From Balanoglossus misakiensis (taxonomy: Eukaryota > Animalia > Hemichordata): a stretch of DNA of 64,000 nt. The notes below the pieces were generated by a model. It did no database searches. It had not been told where the DNA came from and was given only the letters and a program-made list of their open reading frames with translations. The stretch lies in contig CM082596.2 of the NCBI GenBank assembly GCA_040954595.2, positions 7,456,468 to 7,520,467 on the forward strand. The letters run 5' to 3'. The position numbers were made by a program, and so were the translations under genes. Positions 13,077-24,624 of this stretch are shown here, piece by piece (position 1 is the stretch's first letter; every line of letters starts with the position of its first letter).

Positions 13077-15771
13077 TTATTCTTTGTCTATTAATTGAGT
13101 AGTTTCCGTTGCTTCCGGTTTTTTCTCCTGGCCGTTTTCTGTGACTTCCTGTTGTTTCTCCGGTTCGCTTTCCGATTCGCCGAGTTTCTTGGCGACCTCA
13201 CGCAGCTCTTCTTTGAAACCGCCCAGTTTCTCCATCACGGCAGCCTGTATGGAGGGCGCTTTCTCGCACTTCCTGATGTTGCCGGCGACGCTCTTCTGAG
13301 CCAGGGCCTTGTCTCCCTGGCTCAGCTCGCTGTCGCCGACCCGCGCCTTCAGGTCTTCGGCGTCCGTGACGATTTTGTGGGTGGACTCCACGGCGGCGTT
13401 GAACGAGTCGCCCATCTTCGCACTGGACTCGTTGATGTGCTCGAAGGCACCGATGATCTTTTCGCCGAAAGATTCGCTGGCATCGCCGCTGGGGTCTCCC
13501 ATCGTCAACACGAATTTGCCATCCTGCTCGGCCAGGGTCATATTGGCTGCAAGTATGAAAATTTGTATCATCGCTATCAAAAGTGTTGTCCACTTAGATT
13601 GACATGCAAAAGACAAAAATCACACCGCGATACTCAAACCTGGCCTTTAGTGTATGCCTGTTCAAAGTCCCTCTATTACAGAGGGACTGTAGTCTGTTTT
13701 ATTCGATGTGTACAGATTGCAACTACTTTAGGGAGTAAAAGTCAAATGGAAGTGACAGTGCCACCAGCGTTCGGAGTATGATAAAAAAAAACGTTGACGT
13801 TTGTTTTCTGTCCAATATATTTGATCAGAATTTTGACAAAATAACGCGAAACAAAAAGTGTACGAAACAAAGGTATTTTTCGTTGTCTTGCTTTGTCTTG
13901 TCACATTTTGGTCTTCAGTGAATACTTACGATACGTTGCCCCTTTGACTTTGAGGAAAGTCTCTCCGATGCTGTCCCATTTCTTCTGCCCCGTCATCAAC
14001 TTGAACTGCTCTATGGCCTGTCCGTAGGCTTCGTACGCTTCGATGGTCTCGTTGAAGGGCGCCACCGCGTCGTCGAACGTCTGATCCAGGTCCGAGATGT
14101 TGGTCTTCTCCATCTCCAGCTTCTGAATCTTCACGTCTTTCAGTTCGGAGCTCGAGTCTGTTGTATCTTTGTCGCCTCCCTGGTTGTGACAGAAAATATT
14201 TACGTGCATTTGAGAAAATGTGCGCTACCCACGCCGTCCAGGTCACAGAACGTGTTTGTGTGGACGCGAAAATAAACAGTGTTATAGGGTTTAGAAGCGT
14301 TCGGGAGTAAAGATGGCTGAAATTATGTGGAAGGCAAAATTAATATAGATTGCAATACTGGAATTTCAGTGTGTGAAACATGTACCACAGAATTCCCCCC
14401 CCCCCCCAGGGAATCAAATGGTTCTCCCCTAAACGCACATTGATATATATCAAACCTACTCGCAAAAGAAGAAATTAAACTTTTATATATACGCCCGTAT
14501 TCTCACCAAAAGTCAACCCAGAATATTGTGCGTGGGAAGACTGTACGATGATTACGCAACCCGCACAATGCAATAGTGACCCATCAATTATTTTGTAACA
14601 GGTTGTTCGAATGGGTGGTACAGGTAATGCAGGAATGAAGGACGTAACAGACTTTTTTCTGTGCGGCCCTTTCACGATATAACCAACGAGAACATAATTG
14701 GCGATGAATTAAACCGCGTTGATATAATATCTCTATGACGAGTAATAAGTATGTTTTGGTTTGACCTACGATGAGAATGCGATTTTATAAACAATTTATG
14801 TAAATTACATAAATATGAATTATTTATGTGTGTTATTTTATATAAATAATATGTGCTCGTTTTCATTTTCCCTCGTGAAACAAAATCGATTTCAGTAATT
14901 TTTTCTTGAATTTTGCATTGTGCTGTGTTTGGTTAGGTCATACGTCGCAAGCTCCTGTTTGCTGGCTTTGATGAGGCAACGGTTTGAAATGTAAAATGTG
15001 ATGGGCACGCGTATCGACATATGGTACAATGACGGAGCGCTACAAACGATGAATAAAAGAGAAACGGGATAAAAGCGGTGTTTTCATGAATTCAAAGGAC
15101 GAATTAACCCGATCACTGCAATGAGCAGGTAACAAGTCAGACAGATTCAGCGGATTGAACAGCCTGAGCCTTGCTAAACCGCCAAGGATCTAGACACGAA
15201 ACGACGCTGTTTATTTTCTGTCAGTTGTAAGCGGGGGCCGATTTTAGAAGTGATAATTACTAGCTACTGTGGTCAATATGGCTGGTAATATAGTAAACAT
15301 CATCTTTTGTGCAGAACGCTGCAGGAATATTGGGTAAAAAGCGAAGTGATTATAAAAAGCAGTTTGTGTGTTTTTTAACTGTTGTGTCAAAAAGAGTCCC
15401 TGTTAATGGGGTGTGGCAGCACGTCTGAATTATCGGAACAATAGGAATTCTACGATTAAAACAATAAAAAAATATGACGTGTGGTCTTTAGCGTTTTATA
15501 TGCATCTAAAGCATCATGGACAAGCGGGTGCGTGATATGGTTCAAAAATGTATGTGAACGGAGGAGAAAATCTCCCTTTTTACGACATGACGCAGTCCTT
15601 GTACCGCCAGAAAAAATAACCAACTGGCAGGCGATGGACCCTGACATAAATTTGACTGGGGATTACTGCGCATCACAAAAGGACAGATGCTAAGCTCACA
15701 TGACATAGACGATTTAAACAACTTACAAAGCAATCCAGGAACGGACACAGGACGGAATACAGGCAGCCCAT
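13077..15771 (-). CDS. Lipidated helical protein family, paralogue 2 (~254 aa), unknown function
   Basis: Exons 15727-15771 (MGCLYSVLCPFLDCF|gtaagt), 13930-14179, 13077-13546; phases 0 and 1 as in the paralogues. Core QKLEMEKTNISDLDQTFDDAVAPFN...YPNMTLAEQDGKFVL; C-terminal ETTQLI. Confidence 0.87.
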
Positions 15772-16495
15772 GGTTCACGAATTAAATCCACGAATCGTTG
15801 CGATCGACGTTTTCACGATTTTGTTGTATTTGATCACAGTCGGAGGGGAAAAAAACATGCATAAAACATCTAATTGTCGCAACTACCAGCTGTTGTGGCT
15901 GGTGGCTATTTTTGTCGTGCTAATTTGGTTTTGTCGAATGCTGCCATTAGCCTGATGGATAAGTTAGAGTTTTTGTCGTGTGCGGGTGACGTCATCGTGA
16001 CCAGGAAGCGGCGGTTAAAAGAGCAATATTAACCCGTTTGTGCAGGTTCCCCCAAGGGGTCATTGGAGGTCACTCCTTCAGACAGATAAATCAATTTCAT
16101 ATTCCTTTGTTTTTATCTTCATGGCGTGGCAGATTTTAGCGAAATAAATTGTTGGTGTCATCTGTTTGGTTGTTTGTTTGCTTTCCTCCTATGCATATCG
16201 GTTGCGTTGCACCCCCTGTCATCCGTCCCGCCCATACGCGCACTAAATATGTTGACTTTCGCAAGATCAAACATGCACGCGTCGTGATGAATTTCTCGGT
16301 TTATTTTTGACAAAGTCAACACATTAACCAATTTTTACAGTATTTACCAACAGATTGTATAAGTCTATGTAATATACGGTTCATACGTGAGTGTTTTAAG
16401 CACCCAGACAGGCTGAGGCAAAGAGCATCATATTTTTAGAAACGCCATATGCATCGTTTTGAAAACCGTCAAAAGTGGAGCTGCAACACTCTATA

Positions 16496-16692
16496 TTAAA
16501 GGTATACGGTCACCTATGGAAAATTAGCTCTAGTTACCATGGCAAATTGAGATCTAGCCAATCACAGATTTTCAGTGGGTTGCACACGCGAAAAAAAGAG
16601 CGCCACCATATGTTCTTTAGAGCGCTCAAATACTAGTACGCCATTTCAGCCATTTCAGCGTACGTAAATTGGAGGTGACCGTTTACCTTTAA
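16496..16692 (-). mobile_element. MITE family A, copy 3 (inverted)
   Basis: TTAA-AGGTATACGGTCACC...GGTGACCGTTTACCT-TTAA; internal sequence is the reverse complement of copy 1. Confidence 0.85.
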
Positions 16693-16942
16693 CGCCCATA
16701 TCTACTCTAGACTCAATGCCGCCATTACTTTATTCCCCCCTACACACACAAGTAGTCGTTGCCTTTAAAAAGTCACTATGAAATTATCAAATTCAAATTA
16801 TTGCTTATTTGAATTTCAGATTATTTTATGTAATATTATCCAAGAATGCCAGTCCGCCCTTCTTGCTATCACCATTTCCATGATTTTATTCCCAAAGTGA
16901 CGTCATTTATTATTGTTTACTTCACATACAATTCAGATAGTG

Positions 16943-17074
16943 AACACCTATTGCCTGGCCATGAGGGCCATAGCAGCCGTTTATTACACCCGAGGGGCTG
17001 TGAGTTACCAGAATCACATACGAGGGGGTAAAAACGGCTGCTATGGCCCGAATATAGGCCAGGCCATAGGTGTT
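16943..17074. repeat. Imperfect long palindrome (hairpin-type interspersed repeat)
   Basis: AACACCTATTGCCTGGCC..GGGCCATAGCAGCCGTTT pairs with AAACGGCTGCTATGGCCC..GGCCAGGCCATAGGTGTT. Confidence 0.65.
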
Positions 17075-17599
17075 TTATAATAAACCTCATATCTGTGAAC
17101 TCACATTGGTCACGTGACCGGTTTATATTTGTTCTGCTATTTCCCTAGGGATTCATAGTCGATTCTATTTTCTTATCGCGTGACGGATTCTGGCGAATCA
17201 CGACACAGTATTAGCATGAGGTATATTATAATAAATTCTATTCACTCTGATCGTGATACATACTGAAGAACAAGGCCCAGACTCCCATATATTCTAAAAA
17301 AAAAGAGTGTGTACATTTACTTAATTATTATGAAAGTTAGTCGCGTTGACACATCGCAATTAACTCCAAATGGAGTCCTATGTGTACTATTTTTGGTGAT
17401 TCAAAAAAATTAATTGTCTGAAATAAAATGAAAATACCCTGTCGCTTGAGTGAATTTTCAAACAAACACTATTTAGGCTAATTTAAATTAAATTAAAGCT
17501 TAGATTAAGGGTTTGGACCCATGTTTCGATTTCAGAAATCTGAGGGACTTTGGTTTAACCAGTATAATAATAATCTTTCGTGTGATTGTCCAATGCTTC

Positions 17600-19355
17600 C
17601 TATTCAATCAACTTTGTTTTTTCAGTCGCCTCGGTCGTTTTTGCTTGAGTGGTATCCTGTGCTGCGGGTTCGGCGCTGGGGGCGGGGTCTCCTTCTTCCA
17701 GCTGGGTCAGGCTCGGCGCCTGCTGTTGCGGGTTGACTCCGATCAGATCGCGAGCCTCTCGGACCTGCTCGGCGAAGTCGTGGATGAGGTCGAACATCTT
17801 CAGCTCGATGTCCGGCACCTGGCGGAACTGGCTGATGTTGCGGAGAACCACCCGCGTGGCCTTGTAGATCTCCATGATTTCCAGGTCCTCCTGCTTGATG
17901 GCCTGTCTCAGTCCGGCCACCTCGCCGATGATGTTCTCCGCGTCTTTGGCGGCGTCCCCAGCCAGATCCACCACCTCCGTGGCCAGGTCCCCGATGGCCG
18001 CGAACTGCTCGGTCAGCCTGACGGCCTTCTCTTGGGTCTGAGCCGTGGGCACCTTGGCCGCCCCCGGAATCAGGGTAAAACTCAGACCCTTGCCCACTTG
18101 CAGTTGGAGATTAGCTGTAAAAGACACGAGACATTAATTCCATATACGAGTCAAGCTTTGCATGACACTAGAATAGATGCAGATTTTTTTAATGGAACCT
18201 TTAGGCCATATAACATGTGCCAAGTGGTGTTTGTACTGTGTCACATAAAACTGCCCCACCCACGTTAACTATCTAGTCACGCGAGATCTCCAGGGTCTCG
18301 TGGACTTCGGAAAGTGGTCTATTTAGAATATCGCAGCCGGGTTCAGTTTTAGATAATGGGGACGGTGTCTCATCCCTCAATTGCCCCCGCGACCTGAAAA
18401 TAAGCTGTATTTTTTTTTTTAAATTTTACTTACGATATATTCTTTTCAAGTTAATAAGCGTCGTCTTCAGAGACGTGCCGCTCCTGGACCCGGCTGTGGT
18501 TCTGAAAGCCTTCACGCTGCTCTGAAAATTGACGACGGCATCCACGGTCTTGTTGAACGGATCGGCCGCGGTCTCGAAGATCGTGTCCACACTTTCTATG
18601 TTCGTCCGCTCGATTTCCAACTTCTGAATGACAGCCTCGTCATCGTCGCCGCCGCCACACAGCGAAGCCTGTGCGAAGAAAACTCAGAAATTTCAGACAA
18701 TAAAATGGCGTCAGGCTGAATTGGGCAGCAGAATTCCTTGCTTCAAGCAATTCCGCGATAACTTGATCTTTTACTGACATCGGATTCCTTGAAATGATTA
18801 TAAAGGCCCCTGTTTGTTGACGAGTGCATAAACAACAAACATTTTGCACACGGAACTGTTTATCGGGAAACCAAAGATCAACCGGGCATAACAGGTTGCC
18901 CCTTTAATTAATTCGGCCAATGGAATCGCTGTCAAAATTCAAACAATTACTCTAGTCGGGGCTTTGGACCGTATTTGTCTTTATGGCAATTCATTGCATG
19001 ACATAAACGCCATCAGCTGTACATACCTTCTGAGGTATTTCCTTCGCGTTAGATGTTCGCAGACAATCCGAATTCTCACAAACAGTGCACGACAAAACAA
19101 ACAGTCCGCGACAAAAATAAAAATTAAGCCAATTTTTTTTCAAAATAGGTTGCCGACAAGCTCTGAAGGTCGCCGACATTTCAGGCGAAGTGTTTCACAA
19201 GCCCGACCGCCGGTTTCTTTCGAAGGAACCACGGAAATCCGTCAAACCAACCCATGTCACAAAATGAGACCCTCATCACGTCTAATGTAACATTTTTTTT
19301 ATAAAAAATGGGGGGAGGGGGAGGGAATACTCACGCAACACCCTATACACCACAT
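17600..19355 (-). CDS. Lipidated helical protein family, paralogue 3 (~256 aa), unknown function
   Basis: Exons 19335-19355 (MWCIGCC|gtgagt), 18434-18668, 17600-18114; phases 0 and 1. Core QKLEIERTNIESVDTIFETAADPFN...YPNLQLQVGKGLSFTL...RNISQFRQVP; C-terminal EKTKLI. Exon 1 is the least certain part. Confidence 0.84.
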
Positions 19356-20985
19356 CGTTTCTCAACGGACACGTAACAACGTATGGTGACTCTCCGAATA
19401 TTCAACTGAATCACAGCTTTCTGTCAGAGAGAACAACATCTGTTGTTCGTCACTGTCGCCGAAAACATGATATTCTACACATGGCGCACAAACAGTGAGA
19501 GAGGTGTTTGCATCTCATTTGCATATTTCACTTAAATAGAGGGAGAACTGAAAATGTTCACCAGAAAGTTTGTTTTTTTTAATTCCGCTAGCTATAACTT
19601 TTTTCACTATTTTTTTCATTATTCTTTGATCCCCGAAGAAGAATTAAATACCCAGTTAGCTTTGTCTGAGAAAATGAACCATTGCTGCATGCAGTCTGTC
19701 GTTTCCGCTTTACAAACCATCGTTGAAGGGGGAAATCTTTCGTTCATCGTAAATTGGCACAATTCAAGATTAATGTTTTGTTTTGTTTCGTTTTGTTTTC
19801 TTTTCTTTTCTTTATATATGTACTTTTACGCTGGCCCGCTAACAAGAATGTGTTACAATACAAATGACCTAATAAATTTAAATGAAAAGGAACTTTAGTG
19901 TTCGAAATTTGTTTCTTATTCGAATCCCTGAAACGTAACATGATGACATGTCAAGTACATTTAGTTTGTTAGCACACCAATATGCGTTCAGTCAGCATTG
20001 TTATTTTCGAAATTTGAATTTAAGTCCGCACTAGAACTCTTTGTCGTCAATAACAAGCAATGGTTGCAGACAAGCTGAATACTGAGATTTCTTGCATGGA
20101 TGGAAAATGCCGTCAGTACAGTTAGAGCCGGTAAAAGCTTTAAACAAATCGGTTTTTCGCATGTCCTTTTAGGCCATATGCTTAAATATTAACCTTGCAA
20201 GTACACATTGAATGTTGGAACAAAACAAAAGCAACACATGTGACCAAGGATAATCGCCTTAGAAACAACAATGGTCAGGTTTTGTCTAAAAATAAGTCGA
20301 GAATTTCGAAATGTGCGCATCACTATGCGCATATCATCATGCATGATCAATATCTGAATATCCTAGTTTCTCAACTAAATGAACAGTGTCATTTGTTTAA
20401 CTCTGACTGATAACGCGAAGTAAAATTCGCGCTTTATTATTGTTCCTCGTCACCAAAATATATAATAACAACCCTTTAATTAAAATTTAATAAATGTGAA
20501 CTCTTAAAACTTGGATATAGGCCTATGTACATTTGTATCACAATATAACGGAGCAGAATTGTCCTCTAAAATCTGCATATCTACAAAGGACGTGTCGGGG
20601 GTCAAATTATTATATCTCATCGATTACTTCATATATATGTTTCAGCACCGTGACGGCTAGGGGCCAGACGATAGCCGTGCTCCGCTTCGTATTGCAGGCA
20701 CGGCGGCCTCCGCTGCTACACCCCATGACGATCAATGGACGGTGCGCGCCAGGTAATAAATTTTAGCATTGGTACCAATATGGAAGTATTGGTGCGTTTG
20801 GATTCTATGAATAGCCAGTGACGTTTGTGAAATCTTTCTTCTGTTTTACTGATTCTATGAAGATTTTACACTTTTCATAAAATGAACAGAACAGCATTTC
20901 AACGGAATTCACGCATAACCCGTTTCCTATTAAGGTTGTTTGTTCGGGCATAGTTTCAAAATCTGTTCATGCTCCCAACTCCGAC

Positions 20986-21180
20986 TTACAGGTATACGGT
21001 CACCTCCCGTCTACATACAGTACGCCCATGCATACATTTTGCAGAAATGGCATATTTGAGTGTTCTAAAGAACATATGGCGGCGCTCTTTTTTTCGCATG
21101 TGCCACCCACAGAAAATCTGTGATTGGCTAGTTCTCAATTTGCCGTGGTAACTAAAGCTATATTTGCATAGGTGACCGTA
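20986..21180 (+). mobile_element. MITE family A, copy 4 (damaged ends)
   Basis: AGGTATACGGTCACC...GGTGACCGTA with the family internal sequence; right end truncated. Confidence 0.8.
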
Positions 21181-21984
21181 GGGCGATACAAAACCAAATT
21201 AGATGTGACTCTTAATAAATGTTGTTTAAAAATATACATTTTATTATCACTTTTCGTACATTTGAATTATACTATAGCTAGCATTGCTCTACATATATAC
21301 GTACGTGCAATAAAATGCAATATAACAAAGAACTTTGTCCGCGGGGTCAGTCAACATCCGGGTTACTTTAGAGCAAATGTGTTAAAGAAAGCAAGCAAGG
21401 ATACTGATAATAAATTTTTGGAGAAACTTCGCCCTGGCCTGTGATGGCGGGCAACCATATTGTGTAATAAAAATGGCAGATTTAATAGTAAGGAAAAATA
21501 TCACATGCGTATATACACAGCTGTAGCTGGATATGAAAATAGTCGACATCATTTTAGTATTTGTTCCGACAAAGATCTGTAAACGCTACTTTCGTCGAAT
21601 TGGTACGCGACTTGTTGTGCGCGCGCCAAGGTGACTTCTTTCTTAAAAAGAAATAAGTACCGACGTCGTCCTGTAAATGGGCGGAATTTGACTTTAGAGA
21701 TGCACTAAAATAAAACAAAAGTTACATACATTATTAAATTATATAATAAATTATTTACAATCTTAGTCATTTTATTTAATCTATGTTCGATTATATGTAA
21801 TCATTGACAGTTTCATTCGTCGAATATTTTTTATTTCAGATTTTAGTGATTTGGTTTCAAATAAACGTTTTATTTTTTTATTTTTACAAATATACAAGTG
21901 TAAAGCGCGCTCATAAGGTTCTTTTACACCTTTTTATCCACGCCAGTTTTATGTGATATGGAAATTTCACCGGGATCTAAGAAA

Positions 21985-24406
21985 CTAGGCCGCGGACTTC
22001 AGCGCTTCGATCGTGTTCTTGACCTCCTGCGTTGTGTCCTCTATTGTCTGCTTGAAGGCGTCGCCGATCACCGGGACTTTCTTGAACTCGCCGACGTTGT
22101 GCATGGCGTTCTTCAGCGCCCTGGGGATCTTCAGCGGGCTCAGTCCCGCGTTCTTCACCATGTCTTCGATCTCCGCCGCCTTCTGGATCAGGGCCTCCGC
22201 CGACTCCACGGCGGTCGTCACCAGCTCGATGATCTCCGACAGCAGCTCGCTGATCTTGACGAACGCGTCGACGATTTTGACGGCCAAATCGGCCACGCCT
22301 TCCCCGCCGCTGCCGTCACCTGCCGTCAACACAAACTTAGGACCTTCCCTGATCTCCAGTGTGAGGTTAGCTACGGAAATGTAAAAAAAGAGAAAGGGAG
22401 ATAACATGGTATTAAAACACCATAAGCTGCAACTTTTGGGAAACTATCATGAAATTCATTTTCACGCTGTACTAATATTAATCAATAAGGATGTATGCAC
22501 TGAAGTATATACAGGTATTATAAACCCCAAGTGTGAGTGTATATGCAAGTTTTAACCAGATAAATAATAAAGCTTTGCCGCGAAGAAATATGGCCGCCAC
22601 CGTGGGAAAAATGCAAAATACAATGAAAACGTTGCAATTCACTGTCTTTTTCAGAACTTCAACGTTGGCCAAATCCAAGGCAAGGAGCTATTTGCCCGTG
22701 CCAATAAATATCATTACGTCCAAAAAAATCTACGTCCACGGTACCAGAAATGAAAGTACGCCCTCAACGGCTTACAGGGACAAGAGACGGGGGCAGTTCT
22801 GGAATGAAATACTCACGAAATTTCATCTTCAGCCCTATAACGACAACTTTTAGAGTATCCTCTTTCGTGTAGCCCGCCATCACTTTGAATGCCTCCACGG
22901 CGGCGTCAAAGGCATCCTTCGCGTCGACGGCTTTGTTGAATGGAGCCGCAGCATCGCCGAACATCTGGTCAAGATCTTCGACGCCCGTTTTCTTGATGTC
23001 TAGCTGCTCCACGCCACCCTTGCTTTCTGGTTTCTGATAAAAATACGACAAAACAACATTCGGTAAACACATTTTGGTTATTTCAGTAAAATGAAACTTT
23101 CCCTGAAGCGCAGAAGTCGACATTTTTCTCAGTATCGCTTAATGCAAAAACACAATCTGCTTAATTGGCACTCTGTATAGTGAAACATAAAATGCCGTCT
23201 AAGAAAAAGTATTGAAGGTATGGCCTTGTGCGGTCGCCCATGCAACTATATAGTAAGAAACCTGTTTTCACTCACTCACTCACTCACTCACTCATTCATT
23301 CACTCACTCACTCACTCACTCATTCACTCACTCCCATAACGTGTTTCGCATCGAAAAGACAGCATTTAGTAACGATACCTAAACTACACTATAGGTACTA
23401 GTATACTACACGGGTTCCCCATACTTAGTAATAGCTCAGCCGAAAATGCCGTAATTATGATAAAACACTTCAATCAAGGATGATGCAGAAGTGATGTCTT
23501 GCAATATCAAGATAACTGGTAACCCCTGGCAATTTCCAATACACAAACGAGATGCGTTTTGATTTTACTATACATGCAGACGCGCGGCAATCAATTCTAA
23601 TTCTTGACCATTTTCTTTTTTTATCTCGGATATTTTATGTCACGGGGGCGGTGCAGTACATGGTTGCTTTGGACATTTTCTGTTGTCCATTCGACCAATC
23701 GATGCGCATGGGTCGTTTGTTTGCATCGCCATGTCAATAGTTGACCGTAGCAACCAGAGTGTTGTTAGCAACCGTAATGATGTTAGTAACTCCCCTATGT
23801 TCTTTCGGTTCGTGGTAAATAAAGACAAACATTTTATCTTCACGCCTTTGTTTTTAATTAGCAGAAATAATACTCATCTAATCATTTATATTGTTCCTTC
23901 TACAGAGATCTAACCAAAAGCGCATTACAGGGAATCGAAAGTAAATTATATATAAATAATTCAAATGTATATAAATAATAAAAACCAATACCATTATGAA
24001 AAAAGTAGACATTTTTTCTTCATTAGCGACACATATCTGGTGCATTGCTTCATTAAAAACAGATCTATTCAATATTTTTTAATTAAGCAAAGTGGCACGT
24101 CACTTTCCCTACAGTAGAAAAAAAGGAAAGTTTGAGCCAAAGTTGAGAAAATATCGAAATTCAAGGAGGCGGCCTCGCGTGATATTTTGGCGGAGGAGTT
24201 AGAAAGACTGGCTCCCTGCGCAGATTTACAAAGAACCGGAGTAAATAATTGAAACATATCGCAACAACACACCGCTTCTGCTGAACGGTAAGCGTGATAA
24301 GAAAGATTAGCAGGAAGTGTAAAATCGTGAGGAAAAATTTAACACCTCGCAATTGACTCACCCTCCCAGAATCAGTTTTTGTCGACGATGAAGATCCACA
24401 ACCCAT
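21985..24406 (-). CDS. Lipidated helical protein family, paralogue 4 (~215 aa), unknown function
   Basis: Exons 24362-24406 (MGCGSSSSTKTDSGR|gtgagt), 22817-23033, 21985-22370; phases 0 and 1. Core EQLDIKKTGVEDLDQMFGDAAAPFN...FPNLTLEIREGPKFVL...HNVGEFKKVP; closest to paralogue 1; lacks the C-terminal tail. Confidence 0.88.
23268..23333. repeat. (CACT)n microsatellite
   Basis: Directly visible tetranucleotide run. Confidence 0.95.
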
Positions 24407-24614
24407 TTTCAGTTTCTGCAAAACGTGATGAAAAATTGGCAACAACGAAATAAATCGAGGTTGTCGCTCCGGGTCCCAGATTTCGTCTGGCCCTCCTCCA
24501 GATTGTGATAATCGCTATACTGACGCTGCACTTGTTTGCTTCGTATCACGTGACGCCTGAAACCCGAGTATACTGGTCATTCATTTCAGCAGGTTGGGCC
24601 TCTCAAGTCACCAT

Positions 24615-24624
24615 GGAATTTCCC
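24615..24624 (-). promoter_or_regulatory. NF-kB consensus site (GGGAAATTCC) upstream of paralogue 4
   Basis: Exact GGGRNWYYCC match 209 nt upstream of the ATG at 24406. Confidence 0.45.

Noticed and set aside
13095-13781. 228-aa plus-strand ORF
   Set aside because: Antisense shadow of the GC-rich paralogue 2 exon 3; no splice or homology support.
17513-18268. 251-aa plus-strand ORF (longest in the track)
   Set aside because: Antisense shadow of paralogue 3 exon 3. The same applies to 9591-10073 and 21958-22404.
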